Below are positions 48,397 to 58,881 of a DNA stretch of 64,000 bases, in pieces. The stretch covers positions 37,057 through 101,056 of the IMG/VR virus record IMGVR_UViG_3300048015_000072. One strand, written 5' to 3'. Position numbers and translations under genes: made by a program. The DNA is from a virus. Under the pieces are notes generated by a model, which was not told the origin of the DNA, did not search any database, and was given only the letters and a program-made list of their open reading frames with translations. Each line of letters opens with the position of its first letter. Position 1 is the first letter of the stretch.

Positions 48397-50301
48397 GTGA
48401 TTACTCGGATAAAAGCAGAAAATATTTTGAGCTGGGAAAATCTGGAGTTTGATTTTAGTCCCGGCATAACTTCAATTGAGGGTTTTAACTACGACGACAA
48501 TACCAGTGAGGGTTCTGGAAAGAGTTCGATTCTGAATGCGCTTTGCTGGGGGCTTTTTGGGAAGATACCAAAAGACGCTAAAGTAGATGATGTAATTCGG
48601 GTAGGACAAGACTCAGCAAAGGTTGAAGTTTTCCTGATCGATGGGTCAGTTGTGGTTCGATCTAGAAAACCCAATGAGCTTTATCTAGTCAAAAACGGAG
48701 TAGAACAAAGAGGAAAAGACTCTAAGGAAACGCAATTGATGATCGAAAGGAAAGTCGGTCTTAGCTTCGAGTCATTTTGTCAGGCTGTTTATTTCGCTCA
48801 AAATTATCCCAAGAAGTTTATTTCGGCGACGGAAAAAGAAAGAGCCGACATCATTTCCGAGATACAGGACTTAAAACAATTTGATACTGCAAGAAAAAAA
48901 GTGATGGAGAGTTTGACCCTTCAAGCCAATAAAATATCCAAGCTAGAATCAAGGGTTGGAATATTAAGCACCAGTACTTCGGCGTTACAGAAACAAATTT
49001 TGGATTTGAGAGGTTTAGTTACCCAGTTCAACGATGATAAACAACGGGATCTTGAAAAGCTTGAAAATGAGATTCTTGCCATAGTTAATCAATCCAACGA
49101 TCTAAAATACGTCGAATCGGATTCAAATATGGAAGAGTTATCGGTCAGTTTAAACGAAATCATTCAAGAGGTCGAAAATCAACAGTCCCTCAAAAATGCA
49201 ACTTTGGTGGAACTGAAGACTCTTGAATCGAAAAAATTAGAACATCAAAAATATTTGAATAAGGTTCAAGCATCTAAAACCCGTATTGCTTCGAGTTTAA
49301 GTTTGGTTCAGAAGAAATTGGCCGATAAAACTTTGGCGTTAGAAGAATTTATTGCGAGTCCCAAAAAGCATTGCCCCACTTGTGGCTCAGTTATTGACGA
49401 GTCGAACGCATTAAAACACCAAATAGAACTACGAACAGAATTGTCGGAATTGGAAAAAACTCAGGCGGAATTGAAATCGGAGCTATCCGAGTTTTCAGAC
49501 AAATCGATGCCGGTCTTTGAATCCGATGAATCCCTAAAGCGAACTCTTCTCGACATTGAGTCCGCGCTTAAAGAATGTAAACTCATCAAATCCAACATTG
49601 AAAATGAAATCAAAGCCGTTGAGAAATTTGAAGCTCGAAAAAATGAGTTGTCAGAGAAACTAGATTTTTTAAATAGCAGAAAAGTCACAATTGAAGAAAA
49701 AGTTCCCGACTTATTATTAAATAAAATTTCAGAATGCGAGTCCGTTTTAGCAATTCAATTAGACGAGTTAGCCTCTCAGAACCAAGCCCTTTTGTCCGAG
49801 CGCGACCACGATTCAAGACTTCGTATTTTGAAAGATGGATTTAAGAGTGTAAAAGCGTTTGTGTTCGGATCTGTCCTTGAAGAGCTTACCCGAATCTCAA
49901 ACGGTTATATTTCAGAACTTTTCGAAGTTCCGGTACAAATTGAGTTCAACAACGAAAATGAAGACGGGGAGCTTTCAAAAATAGACATTCAAGTAACCAT
50001 TGAAGGCGTCAAGCGGCCTTTGGGTTTGTATTCCGGAGGCCAGTTTAAACGAATCGAATTAGCCGTAGATCTCGCACTCTCTAATATCATTAGCTCCAGA
50101 AGTAATAACCCATTCAACATCAGGTGTTTTGACGAGCCCTTTCAAAACCTTTCAGAATCAAGCATGGAAAAAGCCATCAAACTCTTCGGTAATCTTAAGG
50201 GAACTACCTTGCTTATCGAGCACAATAGCATCGCAAAATCGATCTGCGATCAGGTGTTTAAAATAGAACTTCGGGATGGAGTTTCAAGGAGGGTTTCATA
50301 A
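48397..50301 (+). CDS. SbcC/Rad50-like ATPase
   Basis: GSGKSS, CPTCG zinc hook, YSGGQ signature, FDEP. Confidence 0.92.
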   Translation: MITRIKAENILSWENLEFDFSPGITSIEGFNYDDNTSEGSGKSSILNALCWGLFGKIPKDAKVDDVIRVGQDSAKVEVFLIDGSVVVRSRKPNELYLVKNGVEQRGKDSKETQLMIERKVGLSFESFCQAVYFAQNYPKKFISATEKERADIISEIQDLKQFDTARKKVMESLTLQANKISKLESRVGILSTSTSALQKQILDLRGLVTQFNDDKQRDLEKLENEILAIVNQSNDLKYVESDSNMEELSVSLNEIIQEVENQQSLKNATLVELKTLESKKLEHQKYLNKVQASKTRIASSLSLVQKKLADKTLALEEFIASPKKHCPTCGSVIDESNALKHQIELRTELSELEKTQAELKSELSEFSDKSMPVFESDESLKRTLLDIESALKECKLIKSNIENEIKAVEKFEARKNELSEKLDFLNSRKVTIEEKVPDLLLNKISECESVLAIQLDELASQNQALLSERDHDSRLRILKDGFKSVKAFVFGSVLEELTRISNGYISELFEVPVQIEFNNENEDGELSKIDIQVTIEGVKRPLGLYSGGQFKRIELAVDLALSNIISSRSNNPFNIRCFDEPFQNLSESSMEKAIKLFGNLKGTTLLIEHNSIAKSICDQVFKIELRDGVSRRVS

Positions 50302-50648
50302 TGGCTTTACAAAAATATACCTGCCCCGATTGTGGAATTTCCTTGATGACCTTTAAAAAGAATCCAACATGCAATCACGAGCAATCAGAAGAAGGCAGTC
50401 CGCGCCCAGTGTCCTTAATGGTAAAAACCATATCTTTACCCCAATCCAAAATGATGGAGCCATCGAACAAAGAAAAGGGTAAATCTCAGCTCAAGGATCA
50501 AAAAAAGATTCTAATGGAAAGAGTCAAAAATTACGCTTTGGCAAACGAGCGTGACGACTTTATTCAAGAGTCCAATAGTCAATCGGCAAAATCCTACGGT
50601 TGGCTGAATGCAGACGGAACTAAGCGAAAAAAGATCGATGATCTCTAG
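50301..50648 (+). CDS. zinc-ribbon protein (FmdB-like)
   Basis: YTCPDCG. Confidence 0.55.
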   Translation: MALQKYTCPDCGISLMTFKKNPTCNHEQSEEGSPRPVSLMVKTISLPQSKMMEPSNKEKGKSQLKDQKKILMERVKNYALANERDDFIQESNSQSAKSYGWLNADGTKRKKIDDL

Positions 50649-50696
50649 CCTATAATTGAGATGGGGAGAGGCTAATTTAATCGTCCAGAAAGACTT

Positions 50697-51305
50697 ATGG
50701 GACGTTTACTATTAGCTTTGGATCTTTCAACCGCAAATACTGGTTATGCCGTATTTGATCTGGACACTCATTTTTTGATCAACAGTGGCGTCATCAAAAG
50801 CAAAACCCGAAACCTTCGAACTTTGCCTTATCCAAAAGGCCCTTTATATCGAATGCAAGAGATGGCTGAGCAAATCAAGACTCAACTGATCGATGCCCTT
50901 CCCGAGATAGAGATAATTGCGATTGAAGAAGTAAATAACCCGAGTTCCAGAATAGGCCAAAAAACTCTATCTGGGGTTCATTGGATATTGTTAAACCTGA
51001 TAGAAGACAAGATTGATAAAGTCCGTTTTAAAGACTCTGACGGGGCCAATGGCTGGCGTACTGTGCTCGGGCTTACCCTGACGGAGCAAGATAAACAACG
51101 CAACAAGGAACTGCGGGTAATTAATAAAAATCGACTCAAGGGCACAAAGCTCAAGCCTCTGATAAACAAAAAGCACCTCGCGTGTCGATATGTGACAAAG
51201 TATTACGGCCTTCTTCTCAATTGCGATATACGCGACACAGACGGCGATATAGCCGATGCCATTGGCCTCGGTGCCGCAATTCTCAAAACCAGCCTCTCAA
51301 AATAA
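50697..51305 (+). CDS. RuvC-like Holliday junction resolvase
   Basis: LALDLSTANTGYAV, IAIEE, DIADAIGLG. Confidence 0.85.
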   Translation: MGRLLLALDLSTANTGYAVFDLDTHFLINSGVIKSKTRNLRTLPYPKGPLYRMQEMAEQIKTQLIDALPEIEIIAIEEVNNPSSRIGQKTLSGVHWILLNLIEDKIDKVRFKDSDGANGWRTVLGLTLTEQDKQRNKELRVINKNRLKGTKLKPLINKKHLACRYVTKYYGLLLNCDIRDTDGDIADAIGLGAAILKTSLSK

Positions 51306-51313
51306 CCCCAGAT

Positions 51314-51351
51314 TTGACCTTTTGGGTTAAATAACCTATCATGGTTAAATA
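51314..51351 (+). promoter_or_regulatory. sigma70-like promoter with two operators
   Basis: TTGACC-N17-TATCAT; GGGTTAAATA 51324 and TGGTTAAATA 51342. Confidence 0.65.
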
Positions 51352-51361
51352 AGGAGTTGGC

Positions 51362-51748
51362 TTGGCTAGGCAAGAAATTACAAAGCCTGAGACTTTGAGT
51401 CTAGGTAAAACAAACATGATGCCACAAGCTACCGCTTGGTTACTTGAACTTGGGTTACTAGATAATCCCAACATCAAAGAGACTCTGATATTGAACATCT
51501 TGAAGGTCAACGACGCAATCAAAGATACGCAGTTATTGATCGACATGAACGAAAATAAAATGTTGGTTTTTATCAAACTTGGTTTTTGGTCACGAGTTTT
51601 GAAAAGAAGAGAGATTTGTTCGGACATCCTAGACATGATCGCCTCAGCACTGCCGTCTTACGAGTTCAGAATTACACTGGACCCCGAACTTTTCAATAAG
51701 GCCTTAGAAGGCTTTAAAAAATCTTCGAAACAATTGCAGCCGAAGTAA
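51362..51748 (+). CDS. hypothetical protein
   Basis: TTG start after AAGGAG. Confidence 0.6.
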   Translation: MARQEITKPETLSLGKTNMMPQATAWLLELGLLDNPNIKETLILNILKVNDAIKDTQLLIDMNENKMLVFIKLGFWSRVLKRREICSDILDMIASALPSYEFRITLDPELFNKALEGFKKSSKQLQPK

Positions 51749-51779
51749 CTGCAATCAACCGGAACGTAACGAGGAGTTT

Positions 51780-52430
51780 ATGAACGCAATCGTAGTTGCA
51801 TACGCGATGTCTCTATTGCCGAATCAATTGCCGGTAAAAGCCGAAGATCAGATTCGCTACGTGGTTAAGAACCTTCAGCCCGCACTGACTGAGTCGGAAG
51901 CAAAGGACCTGGCTTTTCACATACACCGGCAAGCGAAGAAAAATAGGCTCGATTGGAAATTGATGGTTTCTCTTTTCAATCAAGAATCATCGCTCAAGAA
52001 GAACCCGCAAAATTGTCTTACCAAAACTGAGAATTGTGAAGACTATGGAGTAGCCCAAATCAACTTTCGCACTTGGGGCGAAACACTTCATTTGGACAAA
52101 AAGAAACTTGTGTCTTCTTACGGATATTCAGTCTCCAAAGCGACTCAGATTTTGGTCAGTTACCGCAAGCAATATTCAAAAAAAGATCCCCAATGGTACG
52201 GCTGCTATCACTCCGTAAACCCAGAATTCAAAGATGTGTACCTAAAACGAGTCAATATTCACTATGGTAAAATTAAGAAATTACTAGGGAATTACAAATA
52301 TGAACAAGCACGAAAGCAAAGTCACAATGATTCCTACGTTGGACAAAACCAAAGCGTACTCAGTTTCGGAGATACGCGAAGAATTTATGTCTACGACCGT
52401 CCCCGCCGCAGAGCTGGCCTCAAAGCTTAA
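51780..52430 (+). CDS. lytic transglycosylase (SLT domain)
   Basis: QESS catalytic Glu, DYGVAQIN, GCYHS. Confidence 0.8.
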   Translation: MNAIVVAYAMSLLPNQLPVKAEDQIRYVVKNLQPALTESEAKDLAFHIHRQAKKNRLDWKLMVSLFNQESSLKKNPQNCLTKTENCEDYGVAQINFRTWGETLHLDKKKLVSSYGYSVSKATQILVSYRKQYSKKDPQWYGCYHSVNPEFKDVYLKRVNIHYGKIKKLLGNYKYEQARKQSHNDSYVGQNQSVLSFGDTRRIYVYDRPRRRAGLKA

Positions 52431-52899
52431 TGTTGATCAGAAATGGCTCGAACAAACGGCCAAAGAGAAACGCTGGGAACGCGAACGTAAAAAGTTTCTA
52501 AAAAAGCAAAGAGCTGAAATAGCCGAAAAGGAACACGAAAACGTGGGAAACCTTTACGCGGTTTCAACCGTAAAACACACCATGGAAATTGAGGCTTATA
52601 AAAAAGAACTTGAGTGGTACGAAGCTTATTTTAAACTCCATGGAGATTTTTTTAAACGGGATATTGAAACCGGAGAAATTATAAAAGATATTTCGGGACT
52701 TCCGATAAGCATTCGCCTTCCACGACCCCCCACAAAACATCTCGAAGCTTCAAAACTTATCAATGCCGCTTTGGACTATCATGAGCAAAAATCAGAAACC
52801 ACAATCGATGTAACTCCACCTAAAAAAGAAGACCCAAGCGAACAGGAAGCAAAACTACTTTCTGATTTATTTGCCCCCGGTACACCTAATGAAGATTAA
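52300..52899 (+). CDS. terminase small subunit (putative)
   Basis: HTH-like N-terminus, directly upstream of the large subunit. Confidence 0.55.
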   Translation: MNKHESKVTMIPTLDKTKAYSVSEIREEFMSTTVPAAELASKLNVDQKWLEQTAKEKRWERERKKFLKKQRAEIAEKEHENVGNLYAVSTVKHTMEIEAYKKELEWYEAYFKLHGDFFKRDIETGEIIKDISGLPISIRLPRPPTKHLEASKLINAALDYHEQKSETTIDVTPPKKEDPSEQEAKLLSDLFAPGTPNED

Positions 52900-54736
52900 A
52901 AGCGTTGATGATTTAGAAACAATGCCTCAAAAAGAGTTTGAGGAGATGTTTGCCGACAAAATTCATCCGGCAATTTTAGCGGACCCAATTACGAATTTCA
53001 TTCGGGCATCCAAGTTCGTTAACTTTTCCCCGACCCCAGCTCAAGCCGTTGCACTAAAAGTCTATTTTGGAAAGCTCCTGGACGCTACTCGTACCTTTGA
53101 GATTTACGAAGAAGCGGTTGATCAAGATGGACAATTTGAACTAATTAGAGCGTTAAAGAACGAAATAGATATTTTTGAGGAAACTACTCAAAAATCCTAC
53201 GACCCAACCAAACACGCAAATAACCTCATAAACGCCATGGACCTCATTTGTGGGAGACGAAGCGGTAAAACTACGCTATCTGCAATCTTATCGATCTTCT
53301 GCGCGATTAAGATGAATTGGCTTCCTTTTCTTTCCAAGACGCCCTCTGCAACAGTTCTGGTTTTGTCTCACACCAAAGATTTCTCTGAGGACATCTTAGA
53401 TACGATTCGCTCAATCATTGATAACAGTCCAATCCTTTACAGGCTCAAGGACGAAAAAAACAAGAATACTAGATCCACATTTAACCTTAAAGTTCCGTTT
53501 AGGGATTCAAATGGAAAGTTGGTTTATTCTAGGGTCACGATTCGAGTGGGGGCCGCGTCTAAAAGAACAACTCGAGGTAAAGCTGTTTGTGCCTTGCTTG
53601 CGGATGAAGCTTGTTTTTGGGGTTCAGATGAAAACTCAAAAGAAACTGACGAAGAAATTTTTCGAGCCGTAAGACCATCTCTTCTTCAGTTTGGAAAGCA
53701 TTCCGCTTTATTTAAGTTATCGTCTCCCGCTATTAAACAAGGGGTTGTGTTCGACGAGTACCGCAAATGGCAGGATGACGAGCTTCCAGGTAACTACATC
53801 GTTTTTAAAGCACCGTCTTGGGTATGGAATTCAACGCTCCCAATTTCGGAATTTAAAAAGGAATGGCAGCTTGATGCCGGTGGATTTGATACCGAGTTCA
53901 GGGCTAATTTTGTTGACTCCATTTCGAATTTTATCTTGCCAGAGTTCGTAGATCTTTGCGTTCAGCGGGGAGTTACATTTCTGCCGCCAGAGCCCAGAAA
54001 TAGCGATATTACCTATACAGCGGCGATTGATGCGGCTTTCAAAAATGACAGGTTTACGTTCTCACTCGTAGGTTCAAACAGCCAAGGTAAGATTAAGCAA
54101 TACATTATGAAAGCTTGGGAAGGGTCAAAGAAAAAGCCCGTTCAGGCTTTTGAGGTAGCTCAATACATCCAAAAGATATGTCGCGAATTTGGAGTGGGCC
54201 AAGTTCATGCCGATCAATTCTCGTTTCAACCGTTAAAAGAAATATTTGAACAATACGGAATTACACTAATCGAGAATACGTTCACATCCAAATTTAAACA
54301 GCAAATTTACTACAACCTCAAAAAGCTCATCCATAACCAAAACCTAGATATTTTGGATCACGCCGAACTTGCGTCGGAAATTAAACAACTTCAGGTAGAG
54401 CAAACCTCTACAGGAACCGTTAGAATTGGACACCCCGTAGGAGGCCACGACGATTGTGTAACTTCTACCGCCGTATCCTGCTACCTCTTGACCGAAATGA
54501 TGGGAAAATTTGGAATTGATTCTAGTCAAATTGCAAGCGATCCCCACCAGATACCCGTAGATAGAAACGGCAAAGCTTTTAAAGCCCCAAGTCCGGAAAT
54601 GCTTGGAGAGTTCATGGGCGGGGCGGTAATGGATAATTCCCTTTTATATGAAAGAGATCCAGAGACCGGGGAGCTTAGGCCCCGAGATGAGCTAGAGGAT
54701 TTCGACGATGATGGAACCGAGTTCTTTATCGTTTAG
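52889..54736 (+). CDS. terL: terminase large subunit
   Basis: GRRSGKT, LLADEA, LSSP, IDAA, GHDD. Confidence 0.92.
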   Translation: MKIKSVDDLETMPQKEFEEMFADKIHPAILADPITNFIRASKFVNFSPTPAQAVALKVYFGKLLDATRTFEIYEEAVDQDGQFELIRALKNEIDIFEETTQKSYDPTKHANNLINAMDLICGRRSGKTTLSAILSIFCAIKMNWLPFLSKTPSATVLVLSHTKDFSEDILDTIRSIIDNSPILYRLKDEKNKNTRSTFNLKVPFRDSNGKLVYSRVTIRVGAASKRTTRGKAVCALLADEACFWGSDENSKETDEEIFRAVRPSLLQFGKHSALFKLSSPAIKQGVVFDEYRKWQDDELPGNYIVFKAPSWVWNSTLPISEFKKEWQLDAGGFDTEFRANFVDSISNFILPEFVDLCVQRGVTFLPPEPRNSDITYTAAIDAAFKNDRFTFSLVGSNSQGKIKQYIMKAWEGSKKKPVQAFEVAQYIQKICREFGVGQVHADQFSFQPLKEIFEQYGITLIENTFTSKFKQQIYYNLKKLIHNQNLDILDHAELASEIKQLQVEQTSTGTVRIGHPVGGHDDCVTSTAVSCYLLTEMMGKFGIDSSQIASDPHQIPVDRNGKAFKAPSPEMLGEFMGGAVMDNSLLYERDPETGELRPRDELEDFDDDGTEFFIV

Positions 54737-54805
54737 AGTTATTTAACTTTGTACTGGGTTTTTTAACCCCTTATGCTATAATTAGGGAAGTTTCGGAGGG
54801 TTACG

Positions 54806-55189
54806 ATGTCCAAGTTTTTGAGTCTCAGCGTAAATGTTTTGTCGTACAATTCGGCATCGGCTACCAATGCTCCCCAGGATTTAGAGCAAATCAATAATAC
54901 AATTCAGGAATCTGCGGTCGGGGGATTTACCAGATACAACCCCTTAATTGTACCAACAGGAACTACGGATCAAGCGATTCAATTGCCCGCCGCATTGGTT
55001 AACTACCTCATTATTTTTTGCGATCAAGTGATTTCAATTTCGATCAATGGTGGACCTGCAATAACACTGCGACCCTTGGGAACAGTAAAGTCCCCGGTTT
55101 ATTTAACTCGAGGGGATATCACATCTTTCACGGTTAGCAACTCATCGGGAGTGTCGGCTAACTTAGATATTATCGTTGCTCAAGTTTAG
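54806..55189 (+). CDS. hypothetical virion protein
   Basis: TGCTATAAT promoter and GGAGG RBS; beta-rich. Confidence 0.6.
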   Translation: MSKFLSLSVNVLSYNSASATNAPQDLEQINNTIQESAVGGFTRYNPLIVPTGTTDQAIQLPAALVNYLIIFCDQVISISINGGPAITLRPLGTVKSPVYLTRGDITSFTVSNSSGVSANLDIIVAQV

Positions 55190-55196
55190 GTGAAAA

Positions 55197-57203
55197 ATGG
55201 CTGATGAAAAGAAACCAAGTTTTTTTAATAAATTACTCACAGCTTCGGAAGTTGGTTTAGAGCGATTTATTACCAAGGCTCGTTCAGAAATTGCCGAAGA
55301 AGAAGACGATGCCATGTACCGTAAATCGGTATATCGCGATATGTCTTTTCAGCCAGGATCTCAGGGTTGGTTAGAGCGAGGTACGAGAGTTGGTTTCATG
55401 CACCTACGGCAAATGTCGATGAAAGACACCATCGTTGCAGCCATAATTCAAACTCGACAAAATCAGATCTCCGCTTTTGCCCGTCCTGTTTCAGATCCAG
55501 CAATTACTGGCTTTAGAGTTGTTCGCCGAAAAGAAGAAAAAGCTTTAGAAGAAATCATGAAAGAGTTGTTTGGCGATCAAAAACTAATGATCGACGATCA
55601 ACCCCAAAACGAAGAAGCGCCGGAATATTCGGTTGAAAATGACGATCAAGCTCCGGATGATTCTGAAGATGGTATTCAAAAATCAAACGATGCTTTGGAT
55701 AACTCAGAAGAGGCAAAACAGGTTATCGATGAATCTCCCCATACGGGAGAGCTTGAATCCGAAGATGTTCAGGATTCAATTGCGCAAAAGCAAAACTTGT
55801 CAGAGCGTCAAAAAATTCGTCTTGCCAAGGCGGAACTTCGCAAACGCGATGCCGATAAAATTGAAGCCCATACTGAGTTTTTAATCAATTGTGGTTATCT
55901 GAAAGATCGACCCTTTGAATCGCTTCGATGGGATTTAAACTCGTGGCTTCGCGCTCAAGTTCGAGATCGTCTGACTTATGATCAACACGCAACTGAAACG
56001 GTAAACGACCAAACTGGAAATATACATCATTTTGTCCCCGCTGACGGTAGTACCATTCGTTTATTGAGCCCCGAGTTTTCGGAATATCAGCATCAAGATC
56101 TGACGGCGGGATATGACATTTTATACCCAGAAAAAGAACTTGAAGCATTGGCTCAGACAGACGCCTTTGTTCCGGACCCAGAAAAAGTTCGCGAAGGCGA
56201 TTACAAGTACGCCCAGGTCATTCGTGGGCGAATTGAACGAACTTTTACCCCAGATGAACTTTGTGTTGGAATGTGCAATTCTACTGCGGACATCTACTCA
56301 AATGGATATTCTTTAAGTGAACTTGAACTTTTAATCGGCACTGTGACCTCACATATTTTTACCGAGAACTACAACCATTCTTACTTCTCAGACGGTTTTT
56401 CGGCAAAAGGAATTCTCCACATTAAGGCCCCGATCAATCGCCGAAAAATGGAAACCATTCGTCTTCAGTGGAAGCATATGTTGAGTGGTCCGAGAAACGC
56501 ATTTCACACTCCAATATTTTCTGGAGTCGATGACGTTCAGTGGATTCCTTTAACGCAAAATCACAGCGATATGGAATTTTCAAATTGGATGAATTATTTG
56601 ATCAAGATCATTTGCGGTATTTACCAAATTGATCCCATTGAAATTGGATTTGGAATTCGCGAAGAGGGCGGTTCTGGAGGCCTCAGCGGGGACAATACTG
56701 AGCAAAAGATTGAACAGGGAAAAGACAAAGGTCTTCGCCCCATGCTGATTCATTTCCAAAACTTCATCAACAAGCACATTATGTCGAGACTTGATGATGA
56801 TTTTGAATTTGAGTTTTGTGGTCTTGAAAAAGAGACCCCAAAAGAAATGGCAGATCGGCAAGCTGCCGAGTCTAAGTACAAAAAGACAGTGAACGAGATT
56901 CGGGAAGAGAACAATCTAATGCCGATCCCAGGTGCCGATGATTTGATTTTAGATCCTACCTATTTGCAATGGTATGGTCAGTTTCACCCAGAGGGTCAAA
57001 AGCTTACGGCTAAAAACATCGCCATGGGACAAAACGGCCCTCAAGCAGGACTTCCCCCAGAACAACAACCTGAGGAAGAGGCTCCCGAATCGGAAGATTC
57101 CGAATCCGAAAATCAACCAGAAGAGGAATCTAACCCCGAGCTTGGGAAGTCTTTTAAAGCCCGTAAAACTCCTGTAGTCATTGAATACTATCTCAAAGAC
57201 TAA
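55197..57203 (+). CDS. portal protein
   Basis: GYSLSELE, YFSDG...KGIL, DMEF, YQIDPIEIG, GLRPML, TVNEIR; acidic insertion. Confidence 0.9.
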   Translation: MADEKKPSFFNKLLTASEVGLERFITKARSEIAEEEDDAMYRKSVYRDMSFQPGSQGWLERGTRVGFMHLRQMSMKDTIVAAIIQTRQNQISAFARPVSDPAITGFRVVRRKEEKALEEIMKELFGDQKLMIDDQPQNEEAPEYSVENDDQAPDDSEDGIQKSNDALDNSEEAKQVIDESPHTGELESEDVQDSIAQKQNLSERQKIRLAKAELRKRDADKIEAHTEFLINCGYLKDRPFESLRWDLNSWLRAQVRDRLTYDQHATETVNDQTGNIHHFVPADGSTIRLLSPEFSEYQHQDLTAGYDILYPEKELEALAQTDAFVPDPEKVREGDYKYAQVIRGRIERTFTPDELCVGMCNSTADIYSNGYSLSELELLIGTVTSHIFTENYNHSYFSDGFSAKGILHIKAPINRRKMETIRLQWKHMLSGPRNAFHTPIFSGVDDVQWIPLTQNHSDMEFSNWMNYLIKIICGIYQIDPIEIGFGIREEGGSGGLSGDNTEQKIEQGKDKGLRPMLIHFQNFINKHIMSRLDDDFEFEFCGLEKETPKEMADRQAAESKYKKTVNEIREENNLMPIPGADDLILDPTYLQWYGQFHPEGQKLTAKNIAMGQNGPQAGLPPEQQPEEEAPESEDSESENQPEEESNPELGKSFKARKTPVVIEYYLKD

Positions 57204-57212
57204 GGCGGCTTC

Positions 57213-57449
57213 ATGAAAGTCAAAATTGAATTAGAGCCCGGACAGAATCATGAGCAAGCAGAGCAATTGCTTTTCAAGGCTTTGCAATCCAAACGAGATT
57301 CCCAGGTTCATTCTGGAGATGCGTTTTTGGACCCCGCAATGAATCATCAAGCCAAAGTTATGGAACGAATTTACAGACTATTGTTGAATCAAATGAATCG
57401 TGAAATTTTAGAAGCGATTGATAACCAAGAGTCCGAAAATGGTAATTAA
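57213..57449 (+). CDS. hypothetical protein
   Basis: ORF between portal and head morphogenesis gene. Confidence 0.55.
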   Translation: MKVKIELEPGQNHEQAEQLLFKALQSKRDSQVHSGDAFLDPAMNHQAKVMERIYRLLLNQMNREILEAIDNQESENGN

Positions 57450-58344
57450 AAAACAAACTTCGGAAGTTATCAAACGGATCATCGAAAAATATCACAGGTA
57501 TTTACTTGTAACGATGGTTGGTAAAAAGAATGTGCCCCCTATTATTCTCACTCAATTGGAAGCTGCGGGACTAAAGCCAAACGAAGATCACAGTTTTTTG
57601 GATATTGCGTATCATCACAATTGGATAAATGCCCAAGATACGTCGGGAAAACCCAAGAGTCTCAAAGAAATGAAAGCTCAGCAAAAAGGTGATGTATTAC
57701 CCGAAGGTCAAGCAAATCAAGCATCGCTGGAATACTTAAACTCCAATTTTCAAAACCTCATTGATAAACAGCGGTCTGAAGTAATGTCCAAAATTTCAGC
57801 TTTGATTCAGGAAGAGAACAACGCATATAAGTTCAATGCGCTCCAAAATTTGAATAGACCCACGGATTTCGACGAAGCGGTAAAAACTCAATCCAAGTCA
57901 AAATTAAAACAAGCATTGAGAGATGCTACCAATGACGCCGCCATGAACTGGGACCGCATAGTAGCAACGGAAATGAGCAACGCAGTTTCCCTCGGGTCTG
58001 TGGACCGGGTTGTTTCGGAAAACAGAGATACCCCCTCTGATGAAGTCTATGTTTACCGTATCGTTAAAAACGATGCAGCCCTTTGCAAGGAATGCCGTAG
58101 GTTTTACTTGGATTCAGATGGAACTCCAAAACTTTACCGCCTTTCGACCTTGCTCAATAATGGATCAAACTTTGGGAAACGCCGAACTGATTGGTCCCCG
58201 GTAGCAGTAGCGACCCACCCCAACGAACGATGTAGCCAAGTAATACAGCTCAATAGGGGCTATTATTTGACCTCCGGAGGATCTCAGACTTTTAGAGGTC
58301 TAGACGGTTGGGACGAATACGTTGAAAAGAAGCTCCAAGGTTAA
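57439..58344 (+). CDS. head morphogenesis protein (MuF/SPP1 gp7-like)
   Basis: WDRIVATEMSNA, CKEC, HPNERC. Confidence 0.8.
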   Translation: MVIKKQTSEVIKRIIEKYHRYLLVTMVGKKNVPPIILTQLEAAGLKPNEDHSFLDIAYHHNWINAQDTSGKPKSLKEMKAQQKGDVLPEGQANQASLEYLNSNFQNLIDKQRSEVMSKISALIQEENNAYKFNALQNLNRPTDFDEAVKTQSKSKLKQALRDATNDAAMNWDRIVATEMSNAVSLGSVDRVVSENRDTPSDEVYVYRIVKNDAALCKECRRFYLDSDGTPKLYRLSTLLNNGSNFGKRRTDWSPVAVATHPNERCSQVIQLNRGYYLTSGGSQTFRGLDGWDEYVEKKLQG

Positions 58345-58400
58345 ATAATCCCAAAATGGGTTAAATAAATGTTGCGAAATGAGACGCTATCAGTCATCAT
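58338..58400 (+). promoter_or_regulatory. leaderless sigma70-like promoter of the chaperone/protease cluster with two upstream operators
   Basis: Operators at 58338 and 58358; TTGCGA-N17-CATCAT-N6-ATG. Confidence 0.55.
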
Positions 58401-58406
58401 TTATAA

Positions 58407-58862
58407 ATGCGCACCATTCAAGAAAAAATCAAAGAACTGCAACGTGCTCAAGCTAAAATTGACCTCTACGTCTCAATTGAAAACCAGATCAAGTCCTTGC
58501 CCGCCAACGAGTACCAAGATTTGGAAAAGGAAGTAGCAGAAGAGTTTTCTCGTTTTGTTGCCGCCCGAATAAAATCCATCAACCAACAAATGACTGATTC
58601 CGAACCAAAACCGATAGCTGTTTCCAATCCAACCCATATGACTCCTCCAGCTAAAGAGCCACAACCGAAGCTTGCGAATAAAAAAGACGTTTTAACTTTT
58701 GCTTTGGAGAACCGAAATCTTGAAGGCAAGCGAGTGCGTTTAAACACACAGCACGGTCAAGTACTTGGAGTAGTGGTCGGTCTTAATTTCCCAAACATCA
58801 CAGTCAAGACTGACACAGATTTTACAGTCAATGTTCCCCTAGAAAATTTAGAAGTAATTTAA
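58407..58862 (+). CDS. hypothetical protein with C-terminal Sm/KOW-like beta domain
   Basis: LEGKRVRL...GVVVG. Confidence 0.55.
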   Translation: MRTIQEKIKELQRAQAKIDLYVSIENQIKSLPANEYQDLEKEVAEEFSRFVAARIKSINQQMTDSEPKPIAVSNPTHMTPPAKEPQPKLANKKDVLTFALENRNLEGKRVRLNTQHGQVLGVVVGLNFPNITVKTDTDFTVNVPLENLEVI

Positions 58863-58881
58863 ACCATAAAAGGAAAGCAAA

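Noticed and set aside
52300-52430. 131-bp overlap between the SLT gene and the putative small terminase
   Set aside because: The SLT domain ends before the overlap; this is most simply a run-on C-terminus rather than a functional dual-coding region.
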